From the NCBI GenBank assembly GCA_963169695.1, contig CAUJDS010000062.1:10792-42791 (forward strand): DNA of 32,000 bases. Reading direction: 5' to 3'. The stretch's first letter is position 1, and the number at the start of each line of letters is the position of its first letter. Positions 8,335 through 16,934 of this stretch are shown here, piece after piece. A program made the translations under genes and the position numbers. Below the pieces are notes generated by a model. The model was not told the DNA's origin, did not search any database, and saw only the letters and a program-made list of their open reading frames with translations. Source of the stretch: Bdellovibrionota bacterium. Lineage in GTDB: Bacteria > Bdellovibrionota > UBA1018 > CAUJDS01.

Positions 8335-8784
8335 TCAAGCTACAGACTGGGTGAGCTTCTTAGAAACCTGAAAAACCCGTATTTTTACTTGTGAGGTGGG
8401 TCCAGCCAAGACAAAATCTGTTTTTTCACGATCGGCCAAGAATATTTTGAAAGCATAGCCCGCAATAATATTCGTGGCCTCGTCCTCGGAGCTCCGATAC
8501 TGCTCGATTTTGATCTTGGATTTGAGCCAATTCACCGCATGGCCCTGGATCTGAGGGCTCAAGAAGGGATAGGCTAGCAATTCTTCCACATAATTGCCAA
8601 ATTCCTCATCTTCCGTAGTGAGTTGAATTCTCAGCTGATTGACCTTTTCTATAGGGTCACCAGCGCCCGATTCAATGGCTTTTTGCAGTTCTTCGATTTC
8701 GCGTTCATCGGAGAAGGCTCCGCGAAGCAAAGGGGTCGAATCATGGAGGTCAACAACGATGGCAACCGTTCCTATTTTCTTCAA
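8335..8784 (-). CDS. Hypothetical cytoplasmic protein (orphan), first gene of the rnd-grxC transcription unit
   Basis: The 149-aa ORF has no recognisable motif. It has an ATG start and lies 34 bp upstream of rnd on the same strand. The coding call rests on length and operon context. Confidence 0.55.
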   Translation of the reverse strand: MKKIGTVAIVVDLHDSTPLLRGAFSDEREIEELQKAIESGAGDPIEKVNQLRIQLTTEDEEFGNYVEELLAYPFLSPQIQGHAVNWLKSKIKIEQYRSSEDEATNIIAGYAFKIFLADREKTDFVLAGPTSQVKIRVFQVSKKLTQSVA

Positions 8785-8913
8785 CGAAGCACCATTCCCT
8801 TTTGCCGAGGGATCTTGTTGCGCAGCTGCCTTATGGATCTTTTCGGTTGCGTTGGGCCCTCAAATGAGGTTCTTAACAATCTGGGGTCCCAAGCGACACC
8901 CACGGAGCTGGAA

Positions 8914-10524
8914 GTGACCGTATCTAAAGAGCAAATTTTAAAGGAATCTCAGCGGCGAAGGACCTTTGCCATTATTTCACACCCCGATGCCGGGAAAACC
9001 ACCTTGACTGAGAAGCTCCTCCTTTATGGTGGAGCCATCCACCTTGCTGGAGCGGTTAAGGCCAAGAAGAACCAAAAGCACACCACCTCGGATTGGATGG
9101 ACATAGAGAAGGAGCGAGGGATCTCCATTAGTGCCTCCGTGCTCCAGTTCGAATATGCCGGCATCCACGTCAACCTACTGGATACGCCGGGACACAAGGA
9201 CTTCTCAGAAGACACCTACCGAACCCTCATGGCAGCAGACGCGGCGGTGATGCTGATCGACGCCGGAAAAGGAGTCGAGCCCCAGACCATCAAGCTTTTT
9301 GAAGTGTGTCGAATGAGAGGCATTCCGATTTTTACGTTTATGAATAAGCTCGATCGCCCGTCTAAGGATCCGTTGGACCTTTTGGACGAGCTTGAGAAGA
9401 TTCTGGGCATTCGCTCTTGCCCCATTACTTGGCCAATCGGCATGGGAGATCGATTCAAAGGGGTCTACAATCGTAGGAACCGAGAGGTCCTGCTTTTTGA
9501 GAGCCAGGATGAAGCCAACGTCAAACGCAAGTTAGGCTCGCAGACCTTGTCTGGAATTCACGATCCCATTCTCAAGGAAATTGCCGAAGCAGATGATGTC
9601 TACGAGCAACTCCTTTCAGAAATAGAGCTGCTCGAAGCCGCTGGAGACTCGTACGATGAAGCAAGGGTCCTTCAAGGACAGCTCACGCCCGTATTCTTTG
9701 GTTCTGCGATGAACAACTTTGGTGTGGAGAACTTTCTTCAGCATTTTATCAAAATGGCTCCGGCACCCGGTTCGCGCAAAACACTTCAGGAAGAAACGCT
9801 GGAGCCGAGTGATCTCGCCTTTTCATCGTTTATTTTTAAGATCCAAGCCAATATGGATCCGCGACATCGTGACCGCGTGGCGTTTATGCGGGTTTGCTCT
9901 GGCCATTTCGAAAGAGGAATGAGTGCGTACCACTCAAGGACTTCCGAAGAAGTGAAGCTTGCTCGGCCCATGAATTTCTTTGCCCAGGATCGAGTGATCA
10001 TTGAAGAAGCTTGGCCTGGAGATATTGTTGGACTGGTAGACACTTCTGGAGAACTTCGCATTGGCGATACGCTCACCACACGCAAGGGAATTGAGTTTGG
10101 CGGCATTCCTCGATTTTCTCCTGAGCATTTTTCGAGCATACGGATTGGGGACCCCATGAAGCGCAAACAGCTACGGAAGGGCTTGGAGCAGCTTTCTGAA
10201 GAAGGGGTCGTTCAAGTATTTTCTGACCGAGACCTGGGAGATCGCGATTCGATACTGGGCGCAGTCGGAGGACTCCAATTTGAAGTCCTCAAGGAGCGAC
10301 TCAAAATTGAATACGGCGTTGCTGCAATCATGGAGCCATTGCCTTATGTTCTCGCTCGATGGATCCGCTCGGACAAAATGGATCTTAAGCTCTTTGAAGG
10401 TCGCAGCGATAGTCGATGTGTTTTGGATCGAGACCAGAATCCAGTCATTCTCTTTAAGAGCCCTTGGGCGCTTCGATGGGCAGAAGATCACTACAAAGAC
10501 TGTCAGTTTCTTCCCATCGCTTAA
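8914..10524 (+). CDS. prfC: Peptide chain release factor 3 (translational GTPase)
   Basis: GTPase motifs are RRRTFAIISHPDAGKTTLTEKLLLYGGAI (G1), DTPGHKDF (G3) and NKLDR (G4), and the protein is colinear with E. coli RF3. I moved the start to GTG 8914, with GGAG at 8904-8907 and a 6-nt spacer. The track start at 8623 would overlap the divergent gene 8335..8784. ATG 8833 is an alternative. Confidence 0.9.
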   Translation: MTVSKEQILKESQRRRTFAIISHPDAGKTTLTEKLLLYGGAIHLAGAVKAKKNQKHTTSDWMDIEKERGISISASVLQFEYAGIHVNLLDTPGHKDFSEDTYRTLMAADAAVMLIDAGKGVEPQTIKLFEVCRMRGIPIFTFMNKLDRPSKDPLDLLDELEKILGIRSCPITWPIGMGDRFKGVYNRRNREVLLFESQDEANVKRKLGSQTLSGIHDPILKEIAEADDVYEQLLSEIELLEAAGDSYDEARVLQGQLTPVFFGSAMNNFGVENFLQHFIKMAPAPGSRKTLQEETLEPSDLAFSSFIFKIQANMDPRHRDRVAFMRVCSGHFERGMSAYHSRTSEEVKLARPMNFFAQDRVIIEEAWPGDIVGLVDTSGELRIGDTLTTRKGIEFGGIPRFSPEHFSSIRIGDPMKRKQLRKGLEQLSEEGVVQVFSDRDLGDRDSILGAVGGLQFEVLKERLKIEYGVAAIMEPLPYVLARWIRSDKMDLKLFEGRSDSRCVLDRDQNPVILFKSPWALRWAEDHYKDCQFLPIA

Positions 10525-10535
10525 GAAGTTTTGAA

Positions 10536-12335
10536 TTATGCGGCTAAGTAGAGCTGATCAATGAGATGGCTGAACTTGCGCTCCACAATGTGACGCTTGA
10601 GCTTGAGGGTAGCGGTCATTTCTCCACTATCTACTGTGAACTCTCGTGCAAGTACGACAAAGCTCTTCACTTTTTCGTACCCTGCAAGATTGGCATTCAC
10701 ACCATCAACGACTCGTTGAATCCGGGCGAGGATATCTGGATCCGTTACAACACTCTCTTCACCAATGGCTCCGGGTTTGTCCTTTGCCTTTTTAATTTCT
10801 GCCTCTGACAAAGTGATTAAAGCAGAAATGAATTTTCTACCTTCCCCCACCATGCAGACCTGAGCGATCATGGGAGATTCTTTAATCTTTTCTTCGATGG
10901 GTAAAGGGGCAACCATTTTTCCGCCCGATGTTTTCAATACTTCTTTTTTTCTACCACGGACAACAAGGCTACCATCTCCTCGAAATTCTCCGATATCTCC
11001 TGTGCGAAACCACCCATCCGTAAAGGTCTCATCCGTCGCCTTCGGATTCTTGAAATACCCCTTAAATACGTGGCGACCACGCGTCCAAATTTCTCCATCT
11101 TCAGCAATTTTGATCTCCGCACCGGGAAGTGGGACTCCCACCGTACCAATGCCTTCGCCGCCTAGCATTTCGTAGACATATGCTCCGGAGCATTCGGTCT
11201 GCCCCAAAGTATTGAGCACTCGCACGCCAATCTTACGAAACCACCGAACCACATTCTCAGGGAGTGCAGCGGCACCCGAAGCACAAGCAATGCTATTGCC
11301 TAAACCGAGAGCCTTGCGCACCTTCGATAAGACCAAGCGATCGGCGAGCTTGTATTGGATCAGATCCGAGAATCCAATCCCGCCTTCTCCGCCAATCCTT
11401 GCGTTGGTTACACGCTCGCCAACGGCCATCGCCCAACGAGCCATTTGCTGACGAGGGGAAGGAGCATCCGCCAAACGCTGTTCTACGCCTTCCATCATTT
11501 TTTCCCAGAGCCTTGGCACCGAGAGAAGAAGCTTGGGCTGAACCTCTGCCAACTCAGAGGAGACACTGTCAAAGTTGGAACAAAAACTCACGGTAAGTCT
11601 GCCCAGAATCCCTACGCCAATACCGTGTTCTTTCTCGGCAACGTGACAAAGCGGAAGAAACGAAAAAAGATCTCCCTTTCCTACCGGTAGATTCCAAACC
11701 TGAATCGCTCCCTGCGAAACAAAGGCGAGGTTGTCGAGAGAAACCATTGCCCCTTTGGGATTACCGGTTGTTCCAGACGTGTAGACCAGAAAAGCACCGG
11801 AATCTTTGTTGAGCCTAGCCAAGAAATAATCGGGCTTCTTATATTTGGCCAGTTCCATCCCCTGACGAATGGCATCTTCATAAGACACAGCTTTGGAAGA
11901 TATACTTGTATCACCATCATAGACAATAATGAGTTCAACATGGGCCGGAAGGGGATTTTCCTGCTGAGGGCCGGTAATTTTTAAAAAATACTCTCGGTCT
12001 TGAACTGCCAAAACTCGCGCTTTGGTTTCACTCAGAATGAACTCAATATCTTTGAGGCTGGCATTGGGATAAAGCCCACTAGATTTTGCTCCCAACAGAA
12101 TCATTCCGAGATCTGTATGCACCCACTCCGGACAATTGTAGGCAAAAATAATACTGACATCTTCGACACCGATTCCTCGGGACTCCAAAAAGAGGGCCAT
12201 CGCAAATACATGTTCCCAGTAGTCGCGTGCGCTCAGAGTCTTCCACTGACCAGCTTCTTTGTAACGCTGTGCGGGATGATTTGGATTCTGTTCCGCCCAT
12301 TTGGCCAAGTCGTGAAGCAATGGTGACATAAGCAA
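10536..12335 (-). CDS. Long-chain fatty acid--CoA ligase (AMP-dependent synthetase/ligase)
   Basis: The AMP-binding signature LVYTSGTTGNPKGAMVS is present. Also seen are GQTE, WFRTGDIGEF, and the C-terminal KLKR lysine motif. Confidence 0.85.
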   Translation of the reverse strand: MLMSPLLHDLAKWAEQNPNHPAQRYKEAGQWKTLSARDYWEHVFAMALFLESRGIGVEDVSIIFAYNCPEWVHTDLGMILLGAKSSGLYPNASLKDIEFILSETKARVLAVQDREYFLKITGPQQENPLPAHVELIIVYDGDTSISSKAVSYEDAIRQGMELAKYKKPDYFLARLNKDSGAFLVYTSGTTGNPKGAMVSLDNLAFVSQGAIQVWNLPVGKGDLFSFLPLCHVAEKEHGIGVGILGRLTVSFCSNFDSVSSELAEVQPKLLLSVPRLWEKMMEGVEQRLADAPSPRQQMARWAMAVGERVTNARIGGEGGIGFSDLIQYKLADRLVLSKVRKALGLGNSIACASGAAALPENVVRWFRKIGVRVLNTLGQTECSGAYVYEMLGGEGIGTVGVPLPGAEIKIAEDGEIWTRGRHVFKGYFKNPKATDETFTDGWFRTGDIGEFRGDGSLVVRGRKKEVLKTSGGKMVAPLPIEEKIKESPMIAQVCMVGEGRKFISALITLSEAEIKKAKDKPGAIGEESVVTDPDILARIQRVVDGVNANLAGYEKVKSFVVLAREFTVDSGEMTATLKLKRHIVERKFSHLIDQLYLAA

Positions 12336-12411
12336 TCCCCTTACTACTCTTTTAGATCAAAAATTTAAAATTGAGAACCTGTTTGACTTCGGCGCTACAC
12401 GAAATAGAATC

Positions 12412-13434
12412 GTGCGTGGGTTGAACATGGGGGAGCTTGAAGTGACAAATACAAAATGCTGGGGCTTTTTAGCCATTTTGACAGCCATGGTCGCAACAGG
12501 TTGCGACGCATCTCCTGGGAGCACGACTTCCTCCCTCACTCCCCCGACGGCTCGAGCATTGCGGCCAAATAGTGCGCCATTGCCAGAAAATTTTGAAGTC
12601 GACCGAATGGTAGATCAGATCAAGCAAGCCGATCCGCAAAATGAAAGTGAGATGATCCAACTCACCTCTCAGCTGGTTGCTTTTCTACCGCAAGGGCCAG
12701 GTACCGATCCCGATGAAACAGCAAAAGTACTTTTCAGGCTCCTCCGCGTTGGAAAGAGCCCCGAGGTTCGCAAAAACGCAATCATTGGCCTGGGGCTACT
12801 AGGAGATTCTGGCGAAATTGCGATACCCTTTCTTCTCCAAACACTCGGCGATTTGGCAATGCGAGCGGAAGATCCTTCGACGCCCTTCTTTGGAATGGAA
12901 GAGGCCATTCGTTCAACCCTTGGTATGAAGGGACTTGGAGTACGAACCGTCAAGATCATTAAGACCTTGTTTCAGGATGGTCGGCAACTCGATGGTGACC
13001 GTTCTCAAGCACTTCTGATAGCTGCCATGCTCGCATCAAATGGACCCAATGGTGGACTAAGCACTACCTCCAATGAAGCGATAGAAATTTTAGGAATGAT
13101 CCAACAAGTCCTTTTATTGCCCGAGACGACGTCCTTCCCTCTTATGAATCAAGGCAGAACTCATTCTACATTATTGGAGAGCCTCGCTTATCTCGGTCCC
13201 ATTGCGGAGCCGGCATTGGTAGCTCTCTACAAGGAATATGATCGAGTCCAACTACGTATTTTCAGCGACTCAGCTATCACGGGAGACATCAACCACGGCA
13301 CGCATCTCCTCAAGGTCATTCACAGCATTGAAGCCGCTATTCAGGCTGAAAAGGAAAAAGTAATTCTCCCACCATCTCCACCTCCAGCTGAGCCAGCTCC
13401 GGAGACACCTAAAGACCCAGAAAAGCCGAATTGA
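12412..13434 (+). CDS. Lipoprotein with HEAT-like repeats and Pro-rich C-terminal tail
   Basis: The signal peptide and lipobox-like sequence is FLAILTAMVATGC. A HEAT/PBS-lyase-like repeat reads VRKNAIIGLGLLGDSGEIAIPFLLQTLGD. The tail is PPSPPPAEPAPETPKDPEKPN. The maximal ORF is given. The likely true start is GTG 12442 (GGGGGAG at 12429-12435, 6-nt spacer) or ATG 12427. Confidence 0.6.
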   Translation: MRGLNMGELEVTNTKCWGFLAILTAMVATGCDASPGSTTSSLTPPTARALRPNSAPLPENFEVDRMVDQIKQADPQNESEMIQLTSQLVAFLPQGPGTDPDETAKVLFRLLRVGKSPEVRKNAIIGLGLLGDSGEIAIPFLLQTLGDLAMRAEDPSTPFFGMEEAIRSTLGMKGLGVRTVKIIKTLFQDGRQLDGDRSQALLIAAMLASNGPNGGLSTTSNEAIEILGMIQQVLLLPETTSFPLMNQGRTHSTLLESLAYLGPIAEPALVALYKEYDRVQLRIFSDSAITGDINHGTHLLKVIHSIEAAIQAEKEKVILPPSPPPAEPAPETPKDPEKPN

Positions 13435-15214
13435 TTGCGGGAAATCTCGCAACAACCGAAGATAGGCTTGCAGGAGTTCTACCTTCTTGCGACAGGACAT
13501 CAACTCCGCTTGGAGCATAGAGCGTTAAGTACCAGTAATAATTGCGGGCAATGAGTGAAACGTAATCACGCGTTTCAGAAAAAGGAATCAAATCCAAAAA
13601 GAGCATTCGATTCTCGGTAGGATAGCGATCTACCCACTTCTTTACATTGCGAGAACCAGCATTGTAAGCCGCGAGTGACAGTTCAGCATCTCCACCAAAT
13701 TCTTTGAGCAACTCATGAAAATGATGCACACCTAAAGCAATATTCGTCGCTGGCTGAAACAACGCACTTCTAGAAACATGTGCAATTTGGCGCGCAGTAG
13801 CTGGCATCAATTGCATCAATCCCACTGCACCTGCTGGGGACCGCGCGTAGGGCACAAATCCACTCTCCTGCCGAATCAATGCCGCTGCTAAGTAGGGATC
13901 CACTCGCCCTCGTTGCTTCCAAAGACTTTCGTAAAATCGAACAGGGAAGAACATTTCTAAAGTATCTCGCGTTATCCAGAGAGGATCATTGCGAAAGAGG
14001 TCTCCGAGTACTTGAAAAGCCGGAATCTGCAAACCCGCTCGATTGGCCAGCACAGCGATATACGCTTGAAATTCAGGCTCGGTGCCAGTCAGGTCCTGCC
14101 TCACTTCTTTGAAAATCGCACGAGTGAGGTCAGCCTCGTTCAGCTGGAGAAGCGCTTCAAAGGTTCGAACCTTCTGATTAATTGCGGGGTCCTTCATGGT
14201 TCGAAATTGAATCTGCGGTGTGCCACCCATATAAATAAGATTCGAAACCTCTAGCACTGAGCCGCCCCGAATACTCAGATGGTGGTAACCAAGTGGGTTG
14301 GCCTTGAGAAGGCGCGACTGCAATATCTGAAACCTAAGCTTGTCTCCTGATTTTCTAGCGCACCATGCATTCCAATAAAGGGCACGCGTAACAAAATCGC
14401 CATTTTTTTCGTCCGCTAGTAGTTCTAAGTGAGGTCGTGCACTTTGACAGTCTCCATCCAGAATATCCAAAAGACTGAGTCTAAAGACAACCTTACGAAT
14501 GTCTTCAGAGTCGGGTAATTCACTACCTACATAGCAACTGGCCACTCTCTCATAGAGCTTATGTGTAATTGTGCGATTTTCTTCATTTGGAAAATATTCT
14601 TCCGACTTGGATCCCAGCGCAAAATAAAGCTCTGCAGATGCACAAGACTTCTGCTCGATCAACGCATTGGCGGTTGAACGAAGATCCGACCACTCTGAAA
14701 TCAGTTTCAAACTTTTCCAAAGATCTTTGCGATTGAGTGTGTTGAGTTCAGTGAGTTTGGCTTCTTTCCAAAGTGCCAATAGGCTGCCTGGACTTGGGCG
14801 TATGGATCGTGCCAGCGAGGACTCCCCTTGTGTTTTTTCTTTCGGAAGGTAAGCACAAAATGGATCCGAAAAATCCGAGAGACAATGCGCAAGGTATTCA
14901 GCTTGAGCTTGGGACTTCATCTTTTTATTCAAGAAGGCGGCGTAGTTCTTGGCCTGCAACAAGAGGAGCTTGCGATCCTCGGGAGCAAGGCTTTCAAAGT
15001 CAAAACCCAGTAACTTCTCATGATAGACCTGCTTCAGTGGGCGACGCTCGAGCTTGAGGTCTCCTCCTTTGGGCCAGTTGGGGCTTTGCGCGTGGGGCGG
15101 TACCGAAGTATCGGGCGAATTAGGGGTCGCCTGTGTAGAAAAGGCAATCCCCATCCAGGTCAGAATAAAGACGGTCGTCAGAAATCGTAAGTTGAGAGAA
15201 TGCCTTGGCCCCAC
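13409..15214 (-). CDS. slt: Soluble lytic murein transglycosylase (Slt70-like; superhelical N-domain plus SLT domain)
   Basis: A signal peptide is present (FLTTVFILTWMGIAFSTQA). The C-terminal SLT domain has the catalytic Glu in AALIRQESGF, followed by AVGLMQLMPATA and AAYNAG. The start is GTG. Confidence 0.85.
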   Translation of the reverse strand: MGPRHSLNLRFLTTVFILTWMGIAFSTQATPNSPDTSVPPHAQSPNWPKGGDLKLERRPLKQVYHEKLLGFDFESLAPEDRKLLLLQAKNYAAFLNKKMKSQAQAEYLAHCLSDFSDPFCAYLPKEKTQGESSLARSIRPSPGSLLALWKEAKLTELNTLNRKDLWKSLKLISEWSDLRSTANALIEQKSCASAELYFALGSKSEEYFPNEENRTITHKLYERVASCYVGSELPDSEDIRKVVFRLSLLDILDGDCQSARPHLELLADEKNGDFVTRALYWNAWCARKSGDKLRFQILQSRLLKANPLGYHHLSIRGGSVLEVSNLIYMGGTPQIQFRTMKDPAINQKVRTFEALLQLNEADLTRAIFKEVRQDLTGTEPEFQAYIAVLANRAGLQIPAFQVLGDLFRNDPLWITRDTLEMFFPVRFYESLWKQRGRVDPYLAAALIRQESGFVPYARSPAGAVGLMQLMPATARQIAHVSRSALFQPATNIALGVHHFHELLKEFGGDAELSLAAYNAGSRNVKKWVDRYPTENRMLFLDLIPFSETRDYVSLIARNYYWYLTLYAPSGVDVLSQEGRTPASLSSVVARFPAINSAFLGL

Positions 15215-15238
15215 AGGTTCTCATCGGTGCGGGGACCC

Positions 15239-15344
15239 AGGTACTAAAGGTACAAGGTACGGACTTACTTGTGAGACCTGATGCGTCATTCTGATTCGTC
15301 GAATTAAAATGACGCGCTGGCATGTTGAAACTAGCTTCGTACCT
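15239..15344. repeat. Repeat copy A: 3x AGGTAC, a 34-bp unit shared with 19829-19862, and a decayed right arm
   Basis: AGGTAC occurs at 15239, 15248 and 15255. gtacggacttacttgtgagacctgatgcgtcatt at 15257-15290 matches 19829-19862 at 32/34 positions. Weaker similarity (9/12) extends to 15302. The region 15321-15342 matches the right palindrome arm of copy B at only 11/22 positions, ending in cGTACCTA (15338-15345). Confidence 0.85.
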
Positions 15345-15357
15345 ACCAGTAAAAGCG

Positions 15358-16224
15358 TTATCGGCGTGGCGCAGTCCAGGTCTGGACCGAAAAGGGCTGG
15401 GTCGGACGGTCCACGTGGATTTCGCGAATCGGGTTCTGCCTTTCCATGAAAAGCAGAACCTTCCAGGCCGGAGTCCGATGCACCCGACCGAAGTAAACCC
15501 TTTCGATCTGAGGCTGAGGACCTTCGAAAGGGTGGACAACCGTCAGGGGTGACTCAAATAGGATTGCTGCCTGCCATAACGATGAGTCGCCTGTGGCAAG
15601 ATCGATCTCCACCCCGCCATCCGACTGAATCGCATATTTGACCCCGTCCAGGGAGGGGTTGGCCGTGAGCAGTTCTCGGATCGTCACAGGGTGCGTGACC
15701 CACTCCACGGTGGCGCCTAGCTGTTGGAGGAAGAGTTCGTCCGATACTTTAGACACCGCTAGGAAAAGAACAGACTGATCCTCGGCCAATTCGCTGTGCG
15801 CGTCCAAGAGGTCCGCGGCTTTGGCATGCAGGGTGCCTGGCAGTTCATCCACACTAGCGTACGAAAGCACCCTACCCCGAGGGAGAAGGCTTTGAGCGTA
15901 GGCCAATAGTTCGAATCCACTGAGTCGAACTACTCCGGGGGCGCCGCCCCCTACCGGAGGTGTTTCGACAAAATGAATTGCATGCAACAGCCTCCATGCC
16001 CGCATTAAACGCGGGAGCGACTTACTCGTGTGGTGGAGTCCCGGACGGATCCGAATTTCTCCAGTAGGACAGGCCCTGCCCCCGCGGAGAATTTTGAAGT
16101 CGTTGTGATCCGAAATCAACGCTATCTGCGATAGCCCCAAAGGACAGTCCCGACCCGAGCCGGAACCAAACGCGGTCCCCGCCGACACGAAGATCAATAA
16201 CAGTGTGCGGGTCTTGTTCAACAT
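15358..16224 (-). CDS. Hypothetical secreted protein (orphan, GC-rich)
   Basis: This 288-aa ORF is the only long ORF in the interval. It has an N-terminal signal peptide (MLNKTRTLLLIFVSAGTAFG) and no recognisable domain. Hand-counted GC over seven 60-nt lines is 238/420 (57%), against 40-53% in sampled lines of neighbouring genes. Confidence 0.55.
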   Translation of the reverse strand: MLNKTRTLLLIFVSAGTAFGSGSGRDCPLGLSQIALISDHNDFKILRGGRACPTGEIRIRPGLHHTSKSLPRLMRAWRLLHAIHFVETPPVGGGAPGVVRLSGFELLAYAQSLLPRGRVLSYASVDELPGTLHAKAADLLDAHSELAEDQSVLFLAVSKVSDELFLQQLGATVEWVTHPVTIRELLTANPSLDGVKYAIQSDGGVEIDLATGDSSLWQAAILFESPLTVVHPFEGPQPQIERVYFGRVHRTPAWKVLLFMERQNPIREIHVDRPTQPFSVQTWTAPRR

Positions 16225-16314
16225 CGATCCGCACCATACTATACGTGCGAATCCATTTCCAAAGACTCCTCGGCGACGAACCAGCAGGAATGAACAACAT
16301 AAGCTAAGGAGCCG

Positions 16315-16343
16315 TTGACATATCTAATTAGTTATAGTACTTT
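16315..16343 (+). promoter_or_regulatory. Candidate sigma70-type promoter giving a leaderless toxin-antitoxin mRNA, with palindromic spacer
   Basis: The -35 is TTGACA (16315-16320), followed by a 17-nt spacer and a -10 of TACTTT (16338-16343, keeping T1, A2 and T6). The predicted TSS is about 16350, the A of the toxin ATG. No SD precedes the ATG. The spacer contains the perfect 8-bp palindrome ctaattag (16324-16331), a possible operator. Confidence 0.4.
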
Positions 16344-16349
16344 TTAGCT

Positions 16350-16634
16350 ATGTGGGTCGTGCTCGAGCACAAGTCCGTAGTTAAAGAGCTTAAGCGGTGC
16401 CCCAACCACATTGCGGAAGAGTATGAACTCTGGCGAACAACCGTGGAAAACTCGGGTCCCTACTCCGTAAGGAAAATTCCGGGATATCGAGACCATGCGC
16501 TTGAGGGAAAATGGAAGGGTTTTCGTTCGTCGTCCTTGGACCGAAAATGGCGAGTTATTTATCAAATCCATGATGATGAAATCATGGTGCAAATAGAGGA
16601 GGTAACAGCTCATGACTACCGGAAGAAAAACTAG
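16350..16634 (+). CDS. Type II toxin, RelE/StbE-family mRNA interferase (HigB-like gene order: toxin first)
   Basis: The 94-aa protein has KIPGYRDHALEGKWKGFRSSSLDRKWRVIYQIHDDEIMVQIEEVTAHDY. This matches the RelE/StbE pattern (G..K..RS.RL....R.IY.I......V..V..H.Y). It overlaps the downstream HTH gene by 23 bp. Confidence 0.8.
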   Translation: MWVVLEHKSVVKELKRCPNHIAEEYELWRTTVENSGPYSVRKIPGYRDHALEGKWKGFRSSSLDRKWRVIYQIHDDEIMVQIEEVTAHDYRKKN

Positions 16635-16902
16635 ATCGTTGCTTGGTAGCGGTCATTACGTGGTGGGCAAACGACGAGTGAGCCTTACAACGGGCGATAT
16701 CGTTCGTATGCTTCGAGAGAAAAATGAACTTACCCAGCTCCAATTGGCTCAAATCACTGCCCTAAAGCAGAGCACCATTTCCGCCATTGAAAAGAACAGA
16801 ATAAGCATCGGAATCGAGCGGGCGAAGGTGCTGGCAAAAGCTCTCCATGTCCATCCATCGACCCTCGTATTTCATGATTGGCAACAAGACGACGCTGCTT
16901 AG
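16612..16902 (+). CDS. XRE-family HTH antitoxin (HigA-like)
   Basis: The 96-aa protein has a Cro/C1-type HTH (LREKNELTQLQLAQITALKQSTISAIEKNRISIGIERAKVLAKAL). It appears translationally coupled to the upstream toxin. Confidence 0.8.
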   Translation: MTTGRKTRSLLGSGHYVVGKRRVSLTTGDIVRMLREKNELTQLQLAQITALKQSTISAIEKNRISIGIERAKVLAKALHVHPSTLVFHDWQQDDAA

Positions 16903-16934
16903 TGGATTCGGGAATTCGGTACCTAAACGGGAAG

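Noticed and set aside
8623-8913. N-terminal extension of prfC (track start at 8623)
   Set aside because: It would overlap the divergent gene 8335..8784 by 160 nt. RF3 similarity begins only around 8940, and GTG 8914 has a proper GGAG.
15120-15552. ORFs 15120..15539 (-) and 15322..15552 (+) across repeat copy A
   Set aside because: They span the intergenic repeat and overlap the ends of real genes. They have no SD and an Arg/Pro-rich composition, so I treat them as spurious.
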